DNA of 64,000 bases from an uncultured cyanobacterium (GCA_963718615.1 OY970368.1:4960001-5024000), one strand, 5' to 3'. Shown: positions 10,607 through 21,391, counted from the first letter of the stretch. Notes: generated from the letters alone by a model not told the origin. Numbers and translations are program-made.

Positions 10607-11239
10607 TTACTTCAGGAAGCTGCTGACCGCCCAGAGGACAATCAACGTCATCAACACCGAAAACTGATCGATGGTGATCCCCACGGTCGTCAGCAGCATC
10701 GACTGAAGCGGAATCGCCAGCAGCGTCCCCACCAAGAGTCCCCCGACCAATCCCAAAAACGTCATCAAGACCGCTCGTCCAAAGCGACCTTCCTTACGGT
10801 TGACGAAAAAGATGGCCGAGCCCCAGGCGATCGCCAACAGCAGTTGTTGTCCTCCTCGCTCTAAGTTGGGATAAAACAAACTCACACCCACCAGAGCCAA
10901 AGCGACCCCAGCCGGTAGCAAAATATCCCTCGGTGTGGGCTGATCCACGAGCTGCTGCATCCAAGGCGGCAACTTACGATTAACCACAGGCTCCGATTTG
11001 ACAACCGGTGGAACCGTCCGTTCTGGAAACCGAATGCGCTCTGGCACCTTGATTTTGCCCTCTTGGCGCATCCGCAGCCGATGCATCAGCACCGCATCAT
11101 AGGCCGCTTCGATCGCCTCAACCCGGCTACCATCCTCCTGGTTCACCGTAGTCATCAGGCGCTTTTTCGCTTCTTGAATTTCATCAAAAGAAGCACTTTC
11201 TGGAACCCCTAAGAGCTCATAGGGAGTCTGTTCGCTCAT
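10607..11239 (-). CDS. CPP1-like (DUF3353) J-like membrane protein
   Basis: PYELLGV..ASFDEIQ, IEAAYDAVLMHRLRMRQEGKIKVPERIRF, C-terminal TM helices. Confidence 0.85.
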   Translation of the reverse strand: MSEQTPYELLGVPESASFDEIQEAKKRLMTTVNQEDGSRVEAIEAAYDAVLMHRLRMRQEGKIKVPERIRFPERTVPPVVKSEPVVNRKLPPWMQQLVDQPTPRDILLPAGVALALVGVSLFYPNLERGGQQLLLAIAWGSAIFFVNRKEGRFGRAVLMTFLGLVGGLLVGTLLAIPLQSMLLTTVGITIDQFSVLMTLIVLWAVSSFLK

Positions 11240-11518
11240 TCACAACCTCCAAAGAAGCCCCATTATCAATAACATGTATCAATAGCATCGGGAGACCCTA
11301 ACCGGCATCCCATGGCCGCGATCGGATTTCATTAAACAAATACCCCAGATTATCCCCTTTAGTGTAGGTCGATTTTTCGGGAAAGGCAGGTGAGTTCACT
11401 ATTGCTTTAATCAATTTACTGAAATCTTTGGCAGGATGTCAGGGGAGAGTGGAGCTGTCCTCAGCCTCCTGAACGAATCTCCGTTGCATCCATTCCTGTA
11501 ATTTTTATCCGAATCACC

Positions 11519-11734
11519 ATGGCAGCACTGAAAAAAGGGTCTCTCGTCCGGGTTGTCCGCGAAAAGCTCCAGAACAGCGTTGAAGCTACAGCCAGCGATA
11601 ACCGCTTTCCCGACTATATCTTTGACTCCGATGGCGAAGTGCTGGATATCAAAGGGGACTATGCCTGGGTCAAATTTGCCCTGCCCATCGCCAATATCTG
11701 GTTCCGGCTCGATCATCTTGACACCGCAGCCTAG
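11519..11734 (+). CDS. ndhO: NAD(P)H-quinone oxidoreductase (NDH-1) subunit O
   Basis: KKGSLVRVVREKLQNSVEATASD.RFPDYIF...NIWFRLD. Confidence 0.9.
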   Translation: MAALKKGSLVRVVREKLQNSVEATASDNRFPDYIFDSDGEVLDIKGDYAWVKFALPIANIWFRLDHLDTAA

Positions 11735-11766
11735 AGATTATAGCTGGGGGATTATGGCTATTGCTC

Positions 11767-12522
11767 TCAGCGTCCGATGCGTTTGAGCGACTCTTGAGCC
11801 TCTTGGCGAAATTGCCGAGCGCGGCGAAACAACTCTTTGCCGGAATGCAAATAGGACTCGTCATAGCAGCTCGTAAACAGCTCCAGTTCATCTAGGCCAT
11901 CGCTCAGGTGGTTGATGGCGTAGTACAGCTTGCTGGCAGGACCTGCGGCACTGGGCGGATTGGGCATCGACTGAAACAGTCCATTTGCCTTTTCCTGCAG
12001 GCGACGGCAATCTTCCAGATAGGCCATAAATACAGCCATGAGGTCGTCATCAAAGGGGTCGGCGGCCAGATCATTGAGCTGCTGATTGAGCGGGCGCAGA
12101 ATTTGGTTGAGCAGGCGGCTTACCGGATTGTAGATTTGGCGGGTCCAATCAGCGAGGTCTACTTCAATGGCTTGACCTCGGGTTCGCCGTTTTTGGGCTT
12201 GGGCGGCCTGGGCCTGGGTAGAGCGAGCTTGGGCGGATTGGTAGGCTTGGTCGTAGGCGGTTGAGGACCTGGGATGGCGATCGCATCCTCCTGAGCGATG
12301 CGAGTTATCCCATTGGCGGTGGCGATCGTAATGCCGCCGCCGGTCCACATCGCCTAAGACTTCGTAAGCAGCATTGAGCGAAATAATTTTCTCCGACCCT
12401 AGATCTTCCGTTTGGCTATCGGGGTGGAATGCTTTGGCGAGCCGACGATAGGCTTGCTTGATGTCAGATTGGCTGGCCGAGGGGCTGAGGCCAAGGATTT
12501 TGTAAGGATCGGTTTCGGACAT
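11767..12522 (-). CDS. J-domain (DnaJ type III) protein
   Basis: DPYKILGL..IKQAYRRLAKAFHPD, LNAAYEVL; C-terminal ADPFDD domain. Start placed at MSETDPY. Confidence 0.88.
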   Translation of the reverse strand: MSETDPYKILGLSPSASQSDIKQAYRRLAKAFHPDSQTEDLGSEKIISLNAAYEVLGDVDRRRHYDRHRQWDNSHRSGGCDRHPRSSTAYDQAYQSAQARSTQAQAAQAQKRRTRGQAIEVDLADWTRQIYNPVSRLLNQILRPLNQQLNDLAADPFDDDLMAVFMAYLEDCRRLQEKANGLFQSMPNPPSAAGPASKLYYAINHLSDGLDELELFTSCYDESYLHSGKELFRRARQFRQEAQESLKRIGR

Positions 12523-12544
12523 AGGGTCTATTTTATTCGACCCA

Positions 12545-13444
12545 TCAGGCAGACGGCATCGCAGCGGCAAGACCTGTAACAAACTCTAAAACCGTTTGGA
12601 CAAAGGCTTCAGTCGATTCGTAGGGCAAGACATTGCGACCCGGTATGATTTTTCCCTGACCTTGGGGCAAGGCTGCGAGGTAAGCCTGCAAACGGGCTGG
12701 GGGGGACTCCGCTTGGCCAGAGCGGCTAATGCTGGAGGCTTCTTCCCCAAAGAGTACCAGGGTCGGTAAGGCTAGGGTGCGAAAGGCTTCGCTGTAGTCC
12801 TTTTGCCAAAACCGGGCCAAAAAGGCGAAGACCGCATGACGACTGGCGGGGTCAGCCGCTCCGGCCAGCAAGGGCGTCAGCCAAGCCTCATCCACGGGCA
12901 CCGTACTGGCAAAAAGCTGCTTGCGGGAAAAGGATTCCAAAAACGAACGACGGCGAGCATAGCGATAAAATGCCGCTCCCAACGGGGAGTTGAGCAATCC
13001 CCAGGTGAGCTGCTGTTGCCAGGGGGAGGCGGCTTGGGTCAGGAGTCGCCAAGCGGGGGGACCCGATAGGACTAAACCTTGGAGTAGCGGAGAGTGAAAC
13101 TGGGTCAGTTCGATCGCCGCAGGCACCAGACCCCCTTGAGCGACCACCACCACAGGTCGTTGAACCACGGTATCCAGAAAATGCTGGAGCTGGGCCGCCC
13201 AATCTTCTGGTCGATAGGCGCGGCGGGGCAAATCGCTCTCCCCACAGCCCAGCAGGTCCGGGTTATAGAGGGGAATATCCGAAACCTGCTGCCAAGCGGC
13301 GCAAAAGCGGTCCCAAAATCGTCGGGACAGCCCTACCCCAATGGGATGGATCAGCAGGAGCGCCAAGCCAGGGGAGCCCGGAAGTGTTTCGTAAGCGTAA
13401 CGATCGCCCTGCCAGGTTTGGAATTGGGTCGAGGATGGACTCAT
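12545..13444 (-). CDS. Alpha/beta fold hydrolase
   Basis: LLIHPIGVGLS, PDLLGCGES, PTLVLFGE. The nucleophile position reads AQG (atypical). Start uncertain. Confidence 0.8.
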   Translation of the reverse strand: MSPSSTQFQTWQGDRYAYETLPGSPGLALLLIHPIGVGLSRRFWDRFCAAWQQVSDIPLYNPDLLGCGESDLPRRAYRPEDWAAQLQHFLDTVVQRPVVVVAQGGLVPAAIELTQFHSPLLQGLVLSGPPAWRLLTQAASPWQQQLTWGLLNSPLGAAFYRYARRRSFLESFSRKQLFASTVPVDEAWLTPLLAGAADPASRHAVFAFLARFWQKDYSEAFRTLALPTLVLFGEEASSISRSGQAESPPARLQAYLAALPQGQGKIIPGRNVLPYESTEAFVQTVLEFVTGLAAAMPSA

Positions 13445-13483
13445 AATGGGGGCACTGTTGAATGCTGGTACTTGCGGCAAATT

Positions 13484-14575
13484 ATGCCAGAGGAATCCTC
13501 CAAGCCCGCTCCAGGCTCGACCCCTTCTCCCGAGCCAGGACCTTCAAGTTCTACGTCTTCCAGTTCCGATTCGAGCCCCCCATCTCCCAATCCGTCCTCC
13601 AATCCGTCCCCTAGTCCAGCGACAGCGGCTTCGCCTTCTGGTTTCCCCCGTCCTCAGGCCAGTGCCCTAGGAAAGGCTACCGCAACCTTCAAAGTGCAGG
13701 GTGGACGCTTGTTGCGGGAGGCGGGGGAAGGGTTGGTGGGCTTTTCGGATTGGTTGGCCGATCGCACCACAGAAACCGATACTGCCCGTGCCGCTGAGGT
13801 GGATAAAGCCTTCTTGAACCAGTTTGGGCGGCTCTGGCAACGCTGGTCGGGGTTGCTGGAACAGGTGCGATCGCCCCTCCCAAATAAGCTCCAAACCCAG
13901 CTCACCGATAGCCGCATGACAGGGCTGCTGGTGGGGCTGCTGGTGTTTTTGTGGGTGGCGATCGCCTCGGCCACCGGGGGAGGCTCCGACCGCGCCCAGT
14001 CGACCCCCAACTCACCGGTCGCCAGCCGTCCTCAACCCACCGTCAGCCACCGTCAGCCCCCGCAGACCGTCGTTAGTAGCCGTCCTTATACTGGTCCCAT
14101 TCAGGACAGCTCAGCCCCGCCAGTAACCCCGCCAGTGACCCCGCCAGTGACCCCGCCGCCGTCCATCGCTCCACCCGAATCCACCCGCCCACTTCCACCG
14201 ACTGTCATCGCGGCTCAGCCCCCTGCACCCGCTCCTCTCTCTCCGGTCACGCCGCCTAGCCCGGAGCAGCGGCTCCTCGCCGTTATTCGTCGGCAGCTGG
14301 ACGAGGTTGTTAGCCCCGATCACCCCAACTTAATCGCCTCGGTCCAGGCCAGCCTCAGCAAGGGCGAACTGACCGTGCACCTGGGGGAGTCCTGGTTTAA
14401 TCTGGATGCCGCCAACCAGGATGCGATCGCCCAAGATCTCTTCGCCCAAGCGGAAAGCTTTGATTTTAGCCAGGTGCGGATTGTGGATGAGCGCGATCGC
14501 CTGCTCGTCCGTAAGCCGGTGGTGGGTCAAGAGGTGATTGTGCTGCGACGACGGAAAGTGGAGGGTTTTTCATAG
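13484..14575 (+). CDS. Proline-rich single-pass membrane protein (conserved cyanobacterial hypothetical)
   Basis: ATG at 13484; TM helix; C-terminal PEQRLL..I..Q...L.V.L.E.WF...LVRKPVVG domain. Confidence 0.65.
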   Translation: MPEESSKPAPGSTPSPEPGPSSSTSSSSDSSPPSPNPSSNPSPSPATAASPSGFPRPQASALGKATATFKVQGGRLLREAGEGLVGFSDWLADRTTETDTARAAEVDKAFLNQFGRLWQRWSGLLEQVRSPLPNKLQTQLTDSRMTGLLVGLLVFLWVAIASATGGGSDRAQSTPNSPVASRPQPTVSHRQPPQTVVSSRPYTGPIQDSSAPPVTPPVTPPVTPPPSIAPPESTRPLPPTVIAAQPPAPAPLSPVTPPSPEQRLLAVIRRQLDEVVSPDHPNLIASVQASLSKGELTVHLGESWFNLDAANQDAIAQDLFAQAESFDFSQVRIVDERDRLLVRKPVVGQEVIVLRRRKVEGFS

Positions 14576-14693
14576 TTGACTTTTTCATAATTTGAACGAT
14601 TAAGCGGCTTGCGAGACAAACTCTAGAAGACTGAAGTGATCCCACCAAGATACCGAGGATTCGGAGGGTGATCAGTCTTGAGCAAGATAGGAG

Positions 14694-16862
14694 TTGGAGT
14701 TTCGCAGCATGGGCTTCGACGGTCTCTTGGGGATGATGTGGATACAGTGGCTGTCGGGAACGCCCCAACCAGACTGGAGTCCAGAGATGGGTGAAGGGTG
14801 GACCATGGGTACGCAAGTATGGACCGTCTTGGCCTGGGCCGGTTTGAGCATTGTGGCGGCGATCGCCTCAGCGCTTAGTACTTGGTTGTTCCAGCGTCAG
14901 CGTTTTCAGGGACAACGTTTATCTCGGCTGCGCCTACTAGAGGCCGACAACCACTCCTTGCGTCAAGATGTTCTAGCGCTGCGTCAGCTATTAGAGGAAC
15001 AGGGCATTGAACAGCCTAGCGCTTCCCGCCAGGACCCTTGGGCCTTAGAGACTGAACCGGAAAGGGACTATTTCCCCACGGTGCTCGAAAACATGCCCGT
15101 TATGCTCAATGCCTTTGACCCGCAGGGCAATCTCAAGCTGTGGAACCACGAATGTCAACGGGTGACCGGCTATCTCGCGGAAGAGATGATTGATAACCCT
15201 CGGGCCATGGAATGGCTCTATCCCAACGCCGCCTACCGCCAGAAAATGATGACCGCTTGGCAAACGCGGGGCAATGATTTTCGGGACTGGGAGTGGGATA
15301 TCACCTGTAAAGACGGAACGGTCAAAACCATTGCCTGGTCCAATATTTCGGATCGGTATCCCATCTGTGGGTGGTCTACTTGGTCCATCGGGGTGGAAGT
15401 GAGCGATCGCAAGCGAGCCGAGGCCGAACTGCGAGAAGCCAAAGAGGCAGCTGAAGACGCCAGCAAAGCTAAAAGCCGCTTCTTGGCCAGCATGAGCCAC
15501 GAACTACGCACCCCCCTCAATAGCATTCTGGGCTTTAGCCAGTTGATCAACCGCGAAGGCGCATTGCCGCTGCAAATGCAGGAGTATCTAGACATCATCA
15601 ATCGCAGCGGCGAAGATCTCCTGGGCCTGATCAACGATGTCCTAGAGGTCTCCAAAATCGAAGCCGGTCGCGTGACGCTCCAGCCCGCCGCCTTTGACCT
15701 GCACAAATTGCTCCAACGACTGGAAGAAACCCTGTCGCTCCAAGCCCATGTCAAGGGCCTGCGCCTGCGTTTTCAAGTGGACCCCCAAGCTCCGCGATAT
15801 ATTCAAGCCGATGAGGGTAAGCTGAATCAGATTTTGCTCAATTTACTGGGCAATGCCATAAAATTCACAGACTCCGGTGGCGTGGTTCTGCGGGTTAAGG
15901 CCCCGCTGGCCAGAAAACTGCGGTTTGAAGTTCAAGATTCTGGTCCTGGGATCGCTACAGAGGACCTCCCAGAACTGTTTAAGCCCTTTGCCCAGACTCA
16001 CTTGGGTCAAACGGTTCATAAGGGCAGTGGCCTTGGCCTCTTCATCAGCCAACGTTTTGTGCAGTTAATGGATGGTCAAATCCAAGTCCGTAGCCGCTTA
16101 GGGCGAGGCACATTGTTCATTTGTGATCTGCCGGTTTTGATTGTAACTCCGGCCCACTTAGCGCCTGTAAGGGTTTGCGATCGCCGCATCCAGGCCATCG
16201 CCCCAGGACAACCCCGCTATCGCATTTTAATTGCCGAAGATCGCCCAACCAACCGTTTGCTGCTCCTACAAATCCTCAGTCCCCTAGGGTTTGAGGTGTG
16301 GCAGGCCGAACATGGGCAAGAGGCGGTAGAAATGTGCCAACGGCTGCATCCCGATCTGATTTTGATGGACATGCGGATGCCAGTCATGGATGGCTATGAA
16401 GCAACGCGACAAATCCAGGCGCATTTTTCCAACCAAGGGACGCAGCGGCCCAAAATTATTGCGTTGACCGCCAGCGCCTTTGAAGAAGAACGCCGTCAGA
16501 TGATGGCCCAGGGCTGCGATGCCTTCGTCCGCAAACCTTTCAATCGAGAAGATTTACTCAGCCTGATCGGAACCCATTTGGACGTTCGTTATCTCTACGA
16601 AGAAGCGATCCCGCCGACCCCTCCCAGTTTGCCCCAGTCCCGGCTCCCCGACTTAGAGCCTAATGCCTTAGAGCCTATGCCAGAAGTCTGGCGACAGCAG
16701 CTTTATCAGGCTGCGGCCCAGGGGAGCGATCGCAAACTGCTCCAACTGATTGAAGCCATACCCAGCTCCCACCAAGACCTCGCCATAGCCCTCACCACCT
16801 GGGTCACCCACTACCGCTTTGATCGGGTTATGGCGCTAGCCCAGCCCCAGAAACTCCCCTAA
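14694..16862 (+). CDS. Hybrid sensor histidine kinase (TM, PAS, HisKA, HATPase, REC)
   Basis: MSHELRTPLN, NLLGNAIKFT, DSGPGI, GSGLGL, DLILMDMRMP. True start probably later (about 14805). Confidence 0.93.
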   Translation: MEFRSMGFDGLLGMMWIQWLSGTPQPDWSPEMGEGWTMGTQVWTVLAWAGLSIVAAIASALSTWLFQRQRFQGQRLSRLRLLEADNHSLRQDVLALRQLLEEQGIEQPSASRQDPWALETEPERDYFPTVLENMPVMLNAFDPQGNLKLWNHECQRVTGYLAEEMIDNPRAMEWLYPNAAYRQKMMTAWQTRGNDFRDWEWDITCKDGTVKTIAWSNISDRYPICGWSTWSIGVEVSDRKRAEAELREAKEAAEDASKAKSRFLASMSHELRTPLNSILGFSQLINREGALPLQMQEYLDIINRSGEDLLGLINDVLEVSKIEAGRVTLQPAAFDLHKLLQRLEETLSLQAHVKGLRLRFQVDPQAPRYIQADEGKLNQILLNLLGNAIKFTDSGGVVLRVKAPLARKLRFEVQDSGPGIATEDLPELFKPFAQTHLGQTVHKGSGLGLFISQRFVQLMDGQIQVRSRLGRGTLFICDLPVLIVTPAHLAPVRVCDRRIQAIAPGQPRYRILIAEDRPTNRLLLLQILSPLGFEVWQAEHGQEAVEMCQRLHPDLILMDMRMPVMDGYEATRQIQAHFSNQGTQRPKIIALTASAFEEERRQMMAQGCDAFVRKPFNREDLLSLIGTHLDVRYLYEEAIPPTPPSLPQSRLPDLEPNALEPMPEVWRQQLYQAAAQGSDRKLLQLIEAIPSSHQDLAIALTTWVTHYRFDRVMALAQPQKLP

Positions 16863-16892
16863 AATTTGCTGTGCTCCCCTCCCTCAGCCCCC

Positions 16893-18008
16893 ATGGCGTT
16901 TGCTGTTCCTTTGTCCTCCTCTCCCCAGCCGAACATCCTGATTGTGGATGATACGCCAGATAACTTACGAATTTTGTCCGATATGCTGAGTCTGCAGGGT
17001 TACGAAGTGCGGAAAGCACTCAGTGGCAACATGGCGCTCAAATCGATTCAAGCGCTGCATCCAGACTTAATTCTGCTGGATATCATGATGCCCGGTATCG
17101 ATGGCTACGAGGTTTGTCGGCGTCTCAAGGCCAATCCTGCAACGCTCCAAATTCCAATCATTTTTTTGAGTGCACTCAATGCGACCGAGGAAAAGGTTAA
17201 GGCCTTTAAACTCGGAGCAGCGGATTATGTCACTAAACCCTTTCAGTTTGAGGAAATTGTGGCGCGGATTGAACATCAGCTACATCTCTGCCGGTTGCAG
17301 CAACAGCTCGCCGCCCAAAATGCCTTATTAGAAGCTGAAAAAAGCAAAGCAGAAGCACTTTTGCTCAATATTTTACCCGAACCCATTGTGGCGCAACTGC
17401 GAGATCACCCACACCTCGGGCAGCTCGATCTTGCCCACAGTGCCAATCAAGTCATTTTGGCTCAGTTTTTTCCAACGGCAACTATTTTGTTTGCAGATAT
17501 TGCCAATTTTACGGATTTTGCGACCCAAGTCAGCCCTCGTACCCTCGTTAGCTTGCTCAATCAAATTTTCTCTCAGTTTGATCATTTAGCCGATCGCTAT
17601 CATTTAGAAAAAATTAAAACCATTGGAGATGCCTATATGGTTGCCGGAGGAATTCCGGTGCCGCAGAATGACCATGCTCAGGCGATCGCCCAAATGGCGA
17701 TAGAGATGCAAACCGTCATTACCCACTTCAAAACCACTACGGGAAAATCCTTTCAGCTTCGAATTGGTATCAATACAGGACCGGTCATTGCCGGTATTTT
17801 AGGCATCAAAAAGTTTTCCTACGATCTGTGGGGAGATGCGGTCAATATCGCCAGTCGGATGGAGTTTCACGGCGAACCTGGACGCATTCAGGTCTCTGAA
17901 ACAACTTATGAAATGCTCAAGGACGAGTATGTGTTCTCGCCCAGAGGCATGGTTCACGTTAAAGGAAAAGGTATGATGCAGACTTACTGGCTGCTAGGAA
18001 AACGCTAG
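16893..18008 (+). CDS. Response regulator fused to a class III adenylate/guanylate cyclase
   Basis: REC (IVDDTPDN, LLDIMMP); ILFADIANFT, KIKTIGDAYM, YDLWGDAVNIASRME. Confidence 0.93.
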   Translation: MAFAVPLSSSPQPNILIVDDTPDNLRILSDMLSLQGYEVRKALSGNMALKSIQALHPDLILLDIMMPGIDGYEVCRRLKANPATLQIPIIFLSALNATEEKVKAFKLGAADYVTKPFQFEEIVARIEHQLHLCRLQQQLAAQNALLEAEKSKAEALLLNILPEPIVAQLRDHPHLGQLDLAHSANQVILAQFFPTATILFADIANFTDFATQVSPRTLVSLLNQIFSQFDHLADRYHLEKIKTIGDAYMVAGGIPVPQNDHAQAIAQMAIEMQTVITHFKTTTGKSFQLRIGINTGPVIAGILGIKKFSYDLWGDAVNIASRMEFHGEPGRIQVSETTYEMLKDEYVFSPRGMVHVKGKGMMQTYWLLGKR

Positions 18009-18027
18009 TGGAGACTCGTTTAGAGGG

Positions 18028-18543
18028 TTAGCGTCCTCGTCGAAAATCTCGATTATGTTCTCGGTCATAACATAACCCATCCTCCCAGTGACGGTTTTGA
18101 CCTTTACAAGCAGCTTCCGTTTTAATCCAAGGGAGCGCGGTGGGATAAGAGTTTGAGATTTCTGGGGCAGCTGTCTTTTGGGCAAAATTTCCCGAGAACA
18201 GGAGGAACACATTATAGCTGACAACCCCTAAAACTGCGACAGATCCTGCAAGGAACAGCAGGTTCCCAAGGGTAAAAAACTTTCTTTTCTCCTGCCGTAA
18301 ACGTTCTAGACTTCGGCGTTCTGGGCCTGCAAGAAAGACGATATAAAACCGCTGAAATAGAGTAGGGATGGAAAGACGAATATCAATTAAATGTCGTTTG
18401 GGCTGAGCCAATGCCTGACGAAGAGATTCAAGCTGAATTTCTGTAAAGCTATCAACAATATGGGCGGGCATTCGATTCAAAATTCGATTGACAAGGGGAT
18501 CGGAACGATACATCGCTTTGCGATCATCTGAATTTGTATTCAT
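18028..18543 (-). CDS. Conserved hypothetical membrane protein
   Basis: HLIDIRLSIP..RFYIVFLAGPERRS, a TM helix and a C-terminal PTALPW..C..W..C segment. Start uncertain. Confidence 0.6.
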   Translation of the reverse strand: MNTNSDDRKAMYRSDPLVNRILNRMPAHIVDSFTEIQLESLRQALAQPKRHLIDIRLSIPTLFQRFYIVFLAGPERRSLERLRQEKRKFFTLGNLLFLAGSVAVLGVVSYNVFLLFSGNFAQKTAAPEISNSYPTALPWIKTEAACKGQNRHWEDGLCYDREHNRDFRRGR

Positions 18544-19088
18544 TGCAATCTGGATTAAAAACTGGCAGCACAAGTTGAACCGCATAGGCGGTAATCAAAG
18601 GCTTCTGCACACTGGCAAGATCGACAACTTAAGTTTTTATGGATTTCTTATTATGATTTTTCGAGGAATTCGATGGCCTCGCGACAAGCACCTGAGATCA
18701 TTGAGGCGATCGCCCTCAATTGAACGGAGAGCCTTAATCTAGATTTGCCCAATTATGCGGAGGTTTGCCTTGGGCCTCAGTCGGCATTTTTGCGGCGATA
18801 CTTTAAATAGATAGACAACTAGATAGAAAGGCTATCCAGCCCTTAAGCTTTAAAGCTAAAACGTCAGCTAATGGCCCAAATAGAGTCTGACTTTTTCAGA
18901 ATTTTTACGTAAATTTTAGCGATTCAGAATTAGTTCTACTTTTATTTAGCCTAAAAAAGGGAGTATTTCGAACCCTAGAGTACGGATTACGAGGTTCCGT
19001 ATTAACCACAATCAATCTTTTTATTTTTCAGGAAATCTATGCATTTTCAGGCAGGCTGGGTTTGCCGCTAGCTTCGGTTTTCCCTAGA

Positions 19089-19131
19089 TTTCAAATCTCC
19101 AAAGTTCAAATCTCCAAAATTCAAATCTTCA
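19089..19131. repeat. 15-bp tandem repeat (TTCAAATCTCCAAAR), about 3 copies
   Basis: ttcaaatctccaaag ttcaaatctccaaaa ttcaaatcttcag. Confidence 0.75.
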
Positions 19132-19158
19132 GAGACAAAATCCCTGGAGATAAAATTC

Positions 19159-20688
19159 CTAGAAATTAAAATAAATATAAGGTAATCCACCCTCCGGGGT
19201 AAGCTGCCAGACTACATAGAGCAACAGCGGTACCAAACCGAGTTTAACCGGCCAATTAAACTGAAGCTTGAGGGTGTGCCCCAGGCGATACATGAGCCCC
19301 ATCCCCGCCCAGATCAGCCCCAGGACAATGGAAATTTGGGCGCGATCGAGCCCGGTCACTTCTAGATAAACCTTCTGGACAAACTGGGCATCCGCCGACT
19401 GCCCAAACAGATGGGTCATCGCCCACCAGGCTTGGTTGACATTGGGTAGCGCAAAAAATAGCCAAGATAAAAACACCACCGCCTGCGTAATCGCCCAAGC
19501 CACGGTTTGCCCTGGCCCACTGGCCCACCATAGCTGAAGCCCCTGCCTCCGCTGAGCCAAGGCATCGTTGAGCCGATGCACCACCAGCGCCACGCCATGG
19601 ATCCCTCCCCAGGCAATAAATCCCCAGGTTGCGTCGTGCCAAAAGCCCGCTACTACCATGACAATCAGCAGATTCAAGCAGGTTCGGACCAGGCCCTGCC
19701 GCGAACCACCCAGGGGAAAATAAAGATAGTTCCGCAGCCAGTCGCCCAGCGTCATGTGCCAGCGTCGCCAAAAATCCGCAATGCTCGTGCTGAAATAGGG
19801 GGCATCAAAATTCTCCGGCAGCGTGATGCCTAGCAGCTTTGCTGCGCCTCGGGCCATATCCACATAGCCACTAAAATCTAGATAGAGCTGGAGCCCATAG
19901 GTCAAGGCCATCATCCAGATATCAACACTGCCCGCCCGTTGAAGATTGGAAAAACTGAGCTGAGCCAGAATCCCGAGGCGATCGGCAAAAACTGCCTTTT
20001 TCATCGCGCCCCGCGCAATCAGCCACAGCCCTTGGGAAATTTGCTCTGGGGTCAGGGCCTGCCGTCGCCGCAACTGGGACGACAGCGTGTGATAGCGCGT
20101 GATCGGTCCTGAGATCAGCTTCGGGAAAAAGAGCTTATAGGCCCCAAACCGCAGCAAACTACGAGAAGCTGGGGCTCCCCGATAGACATCGACCAAGTAG
20201 GCAATACTTTCAAACGTAAAATAGCTGATTCCCAAAGGTACCCAGAGGGACTGTTGGACCGACTCCGCTGCGGCCACCCATTCTGTTCGTCCCGTCACTT
20301 GCCCCACCGTCGTCAGGAAGAACGGAATGTACTTGAAGCTGAGCAAGACTCCAATATTGAGAATAATTCCCGCGATCAAATAGCCCGTGCGCCGTTGCCC
20401 CCAATCTGCTTCCGCGTCCTGCCAAGCTTCGTTGGAGAGATGGGTATCGCTATCGTGGGCGAGCTGGATCAGCTTGCGATCGAGCAGGCGACCAAACTGA
20501 AAATTGATCAACGTACTCATCAAAAACAGCGGCACATAGGCGACCTGAATCCCCTTTTGCTGGGTTGCCATAAACAGCACACTGGCCCAGAGTAGCGTCC
20601 ACAGCCGCCATCGCTCGGCTCGAACCGTCCAGTAAATGGCTAACAGCAGCCCTAGGAAGAGGGCATAGGTCAAAGAGACAAACGTCAT
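19159..20688 (-). CDS. MBOAT-family O-acyltransferase (AlgI/DltB-like)
   Basis: PLGISYFTF, FPKLISGPI, YLDFSGY, ENFDAPY, FWRRWHMTL, catalytic FWH. Confidence 0.93.
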   Translation of the reverse strand: MTFVSLTYALFLGLLLAIYWTVRAERWRLWTLLWASVLFMATQQKGIQVAYVPLFLMSTLINFQFGRLLDRKLIQLAHDSDTHLSNEAWQDAEADWGQRRTGYLIAGIILNIGVLLSFKYIPFFLTTVGQVTGRTEWVAAAESVQQSLWVPLGISYFTFESIAYLVDVYRGAPASRSLLRFGAYKLFFPKLISGPITRYHTLSSQLRRRQALTPEQISQGLWLIARGAMKKAVFADRLGILAQLSFSNLQRAGSVDIWMMALTYGLQLYLDFSGYVDMARGAAKLLGITLPENFDAPYFSTSIADFWRRWHMTLGDWLRNYLYFPLGGSRQGLVRTCLNLLIVMVVAGFWHDATWGFIAWGGIHGVALVVHRLNDALAQRRQGLQLWWASGPGQTVAWAITQAVVFLSWLFFALPNVNQAWWAMTHLFGQSADAQFVQKVYLEVTGLDRAQISIVLGLIWAGMGLMYRLGHTLKLQFNWPVKLGLVPLLLYVVWQLTPEGGLPYIYFNF

Positions 20689-20825
20689 TGCTCGGCGGGG
20701 GTAGAGGCGTGCTCAGCAGAAATGCCCCCTATCCTAACTCACTGTTGTCTTTTAGTACCTTGAGTCCTGTTGGTTTGTTTCTCTCTGGCGTTAGCCTAAG
20801 AGCATGTCCCCTCCCTTGAAGGCCG

Positions 20826-21383
20826 ATGAATCGTCAACTTCGTACTCTCCACCGTAAGATTGCTCCGATTCTCTTTTTACCGCTGTTCGCGACAGCCCTG
20901 ACCGGCATGGTCTATCGTCTGGGACTCAGTTGGTTCAAAATGCCAGGATCGGCTGCTGAGATCTTGATGGTGATCCACCAAGGTCGTTTTTTAGGAGCGG
21001 CGATCGCCCCGGTCTATGTATTGCTAATGGGCCTGGGCCTAATAGGCCTGATTGCCACCGGAATTACCCTGGTTCGCAAACGCAGGGCTGGAACAAAAGC
21101 CCCTAAACGGGACGGACGCTGGCTGCATCGTATCCTTGCCCCGATCGCCTGTATTCCCCTCTTGATCAGTGCCCTCACCGGAATTATCTATAGCCTAGGC
21201 GAGGCTTGGTTTAATCTCCCCCGCCCCGTTCTGTCTCTGATGCTGCGCCTCCACCAGGGCTCCTATCTCGGCAATACGCTCAAGCCAATTTATGTGCTTT
21301 TGGTCGGACTCGGCTTAATCGTGATGCTGGTCAGCGGCATTCAGATGACTAGCATTTGGCGTCAGCGTCGAGCCTCGTCCTAG
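20826..21383 (+). CDS. PepSY-associated TM-domain protein (internally duplicated)
   Basis: Two repeats of R.LHR..API...PL...ALTG..Y...HQG. Confidence 0.75.
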   Translation: MNRQLRTLHRKIAPILFLPLFATALTGMVYRLGLSWFKMPGSAAEILMVIHQGRFLGAAIAPVYVLLMGLGLIGLIATGITLVRKRRAGTKAPKRDGRWLHRILAPIACIPLLISALTGIIYSLGEAWFNLPRPVLSLMLRLHQGSYLGNTLKPIYVLLVGLGLIVMLVSGIQMTSIWRQRRASS

Positions 21384-21391
21384 CGGCGGCC

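Noticed and set aside
13094-13483. N-terminal extension of the 493-aa ORF
   Set aside because: Overlaps the alpha/beta hydrolase on the opposite strand; ATG 13484 is the more plausible start.
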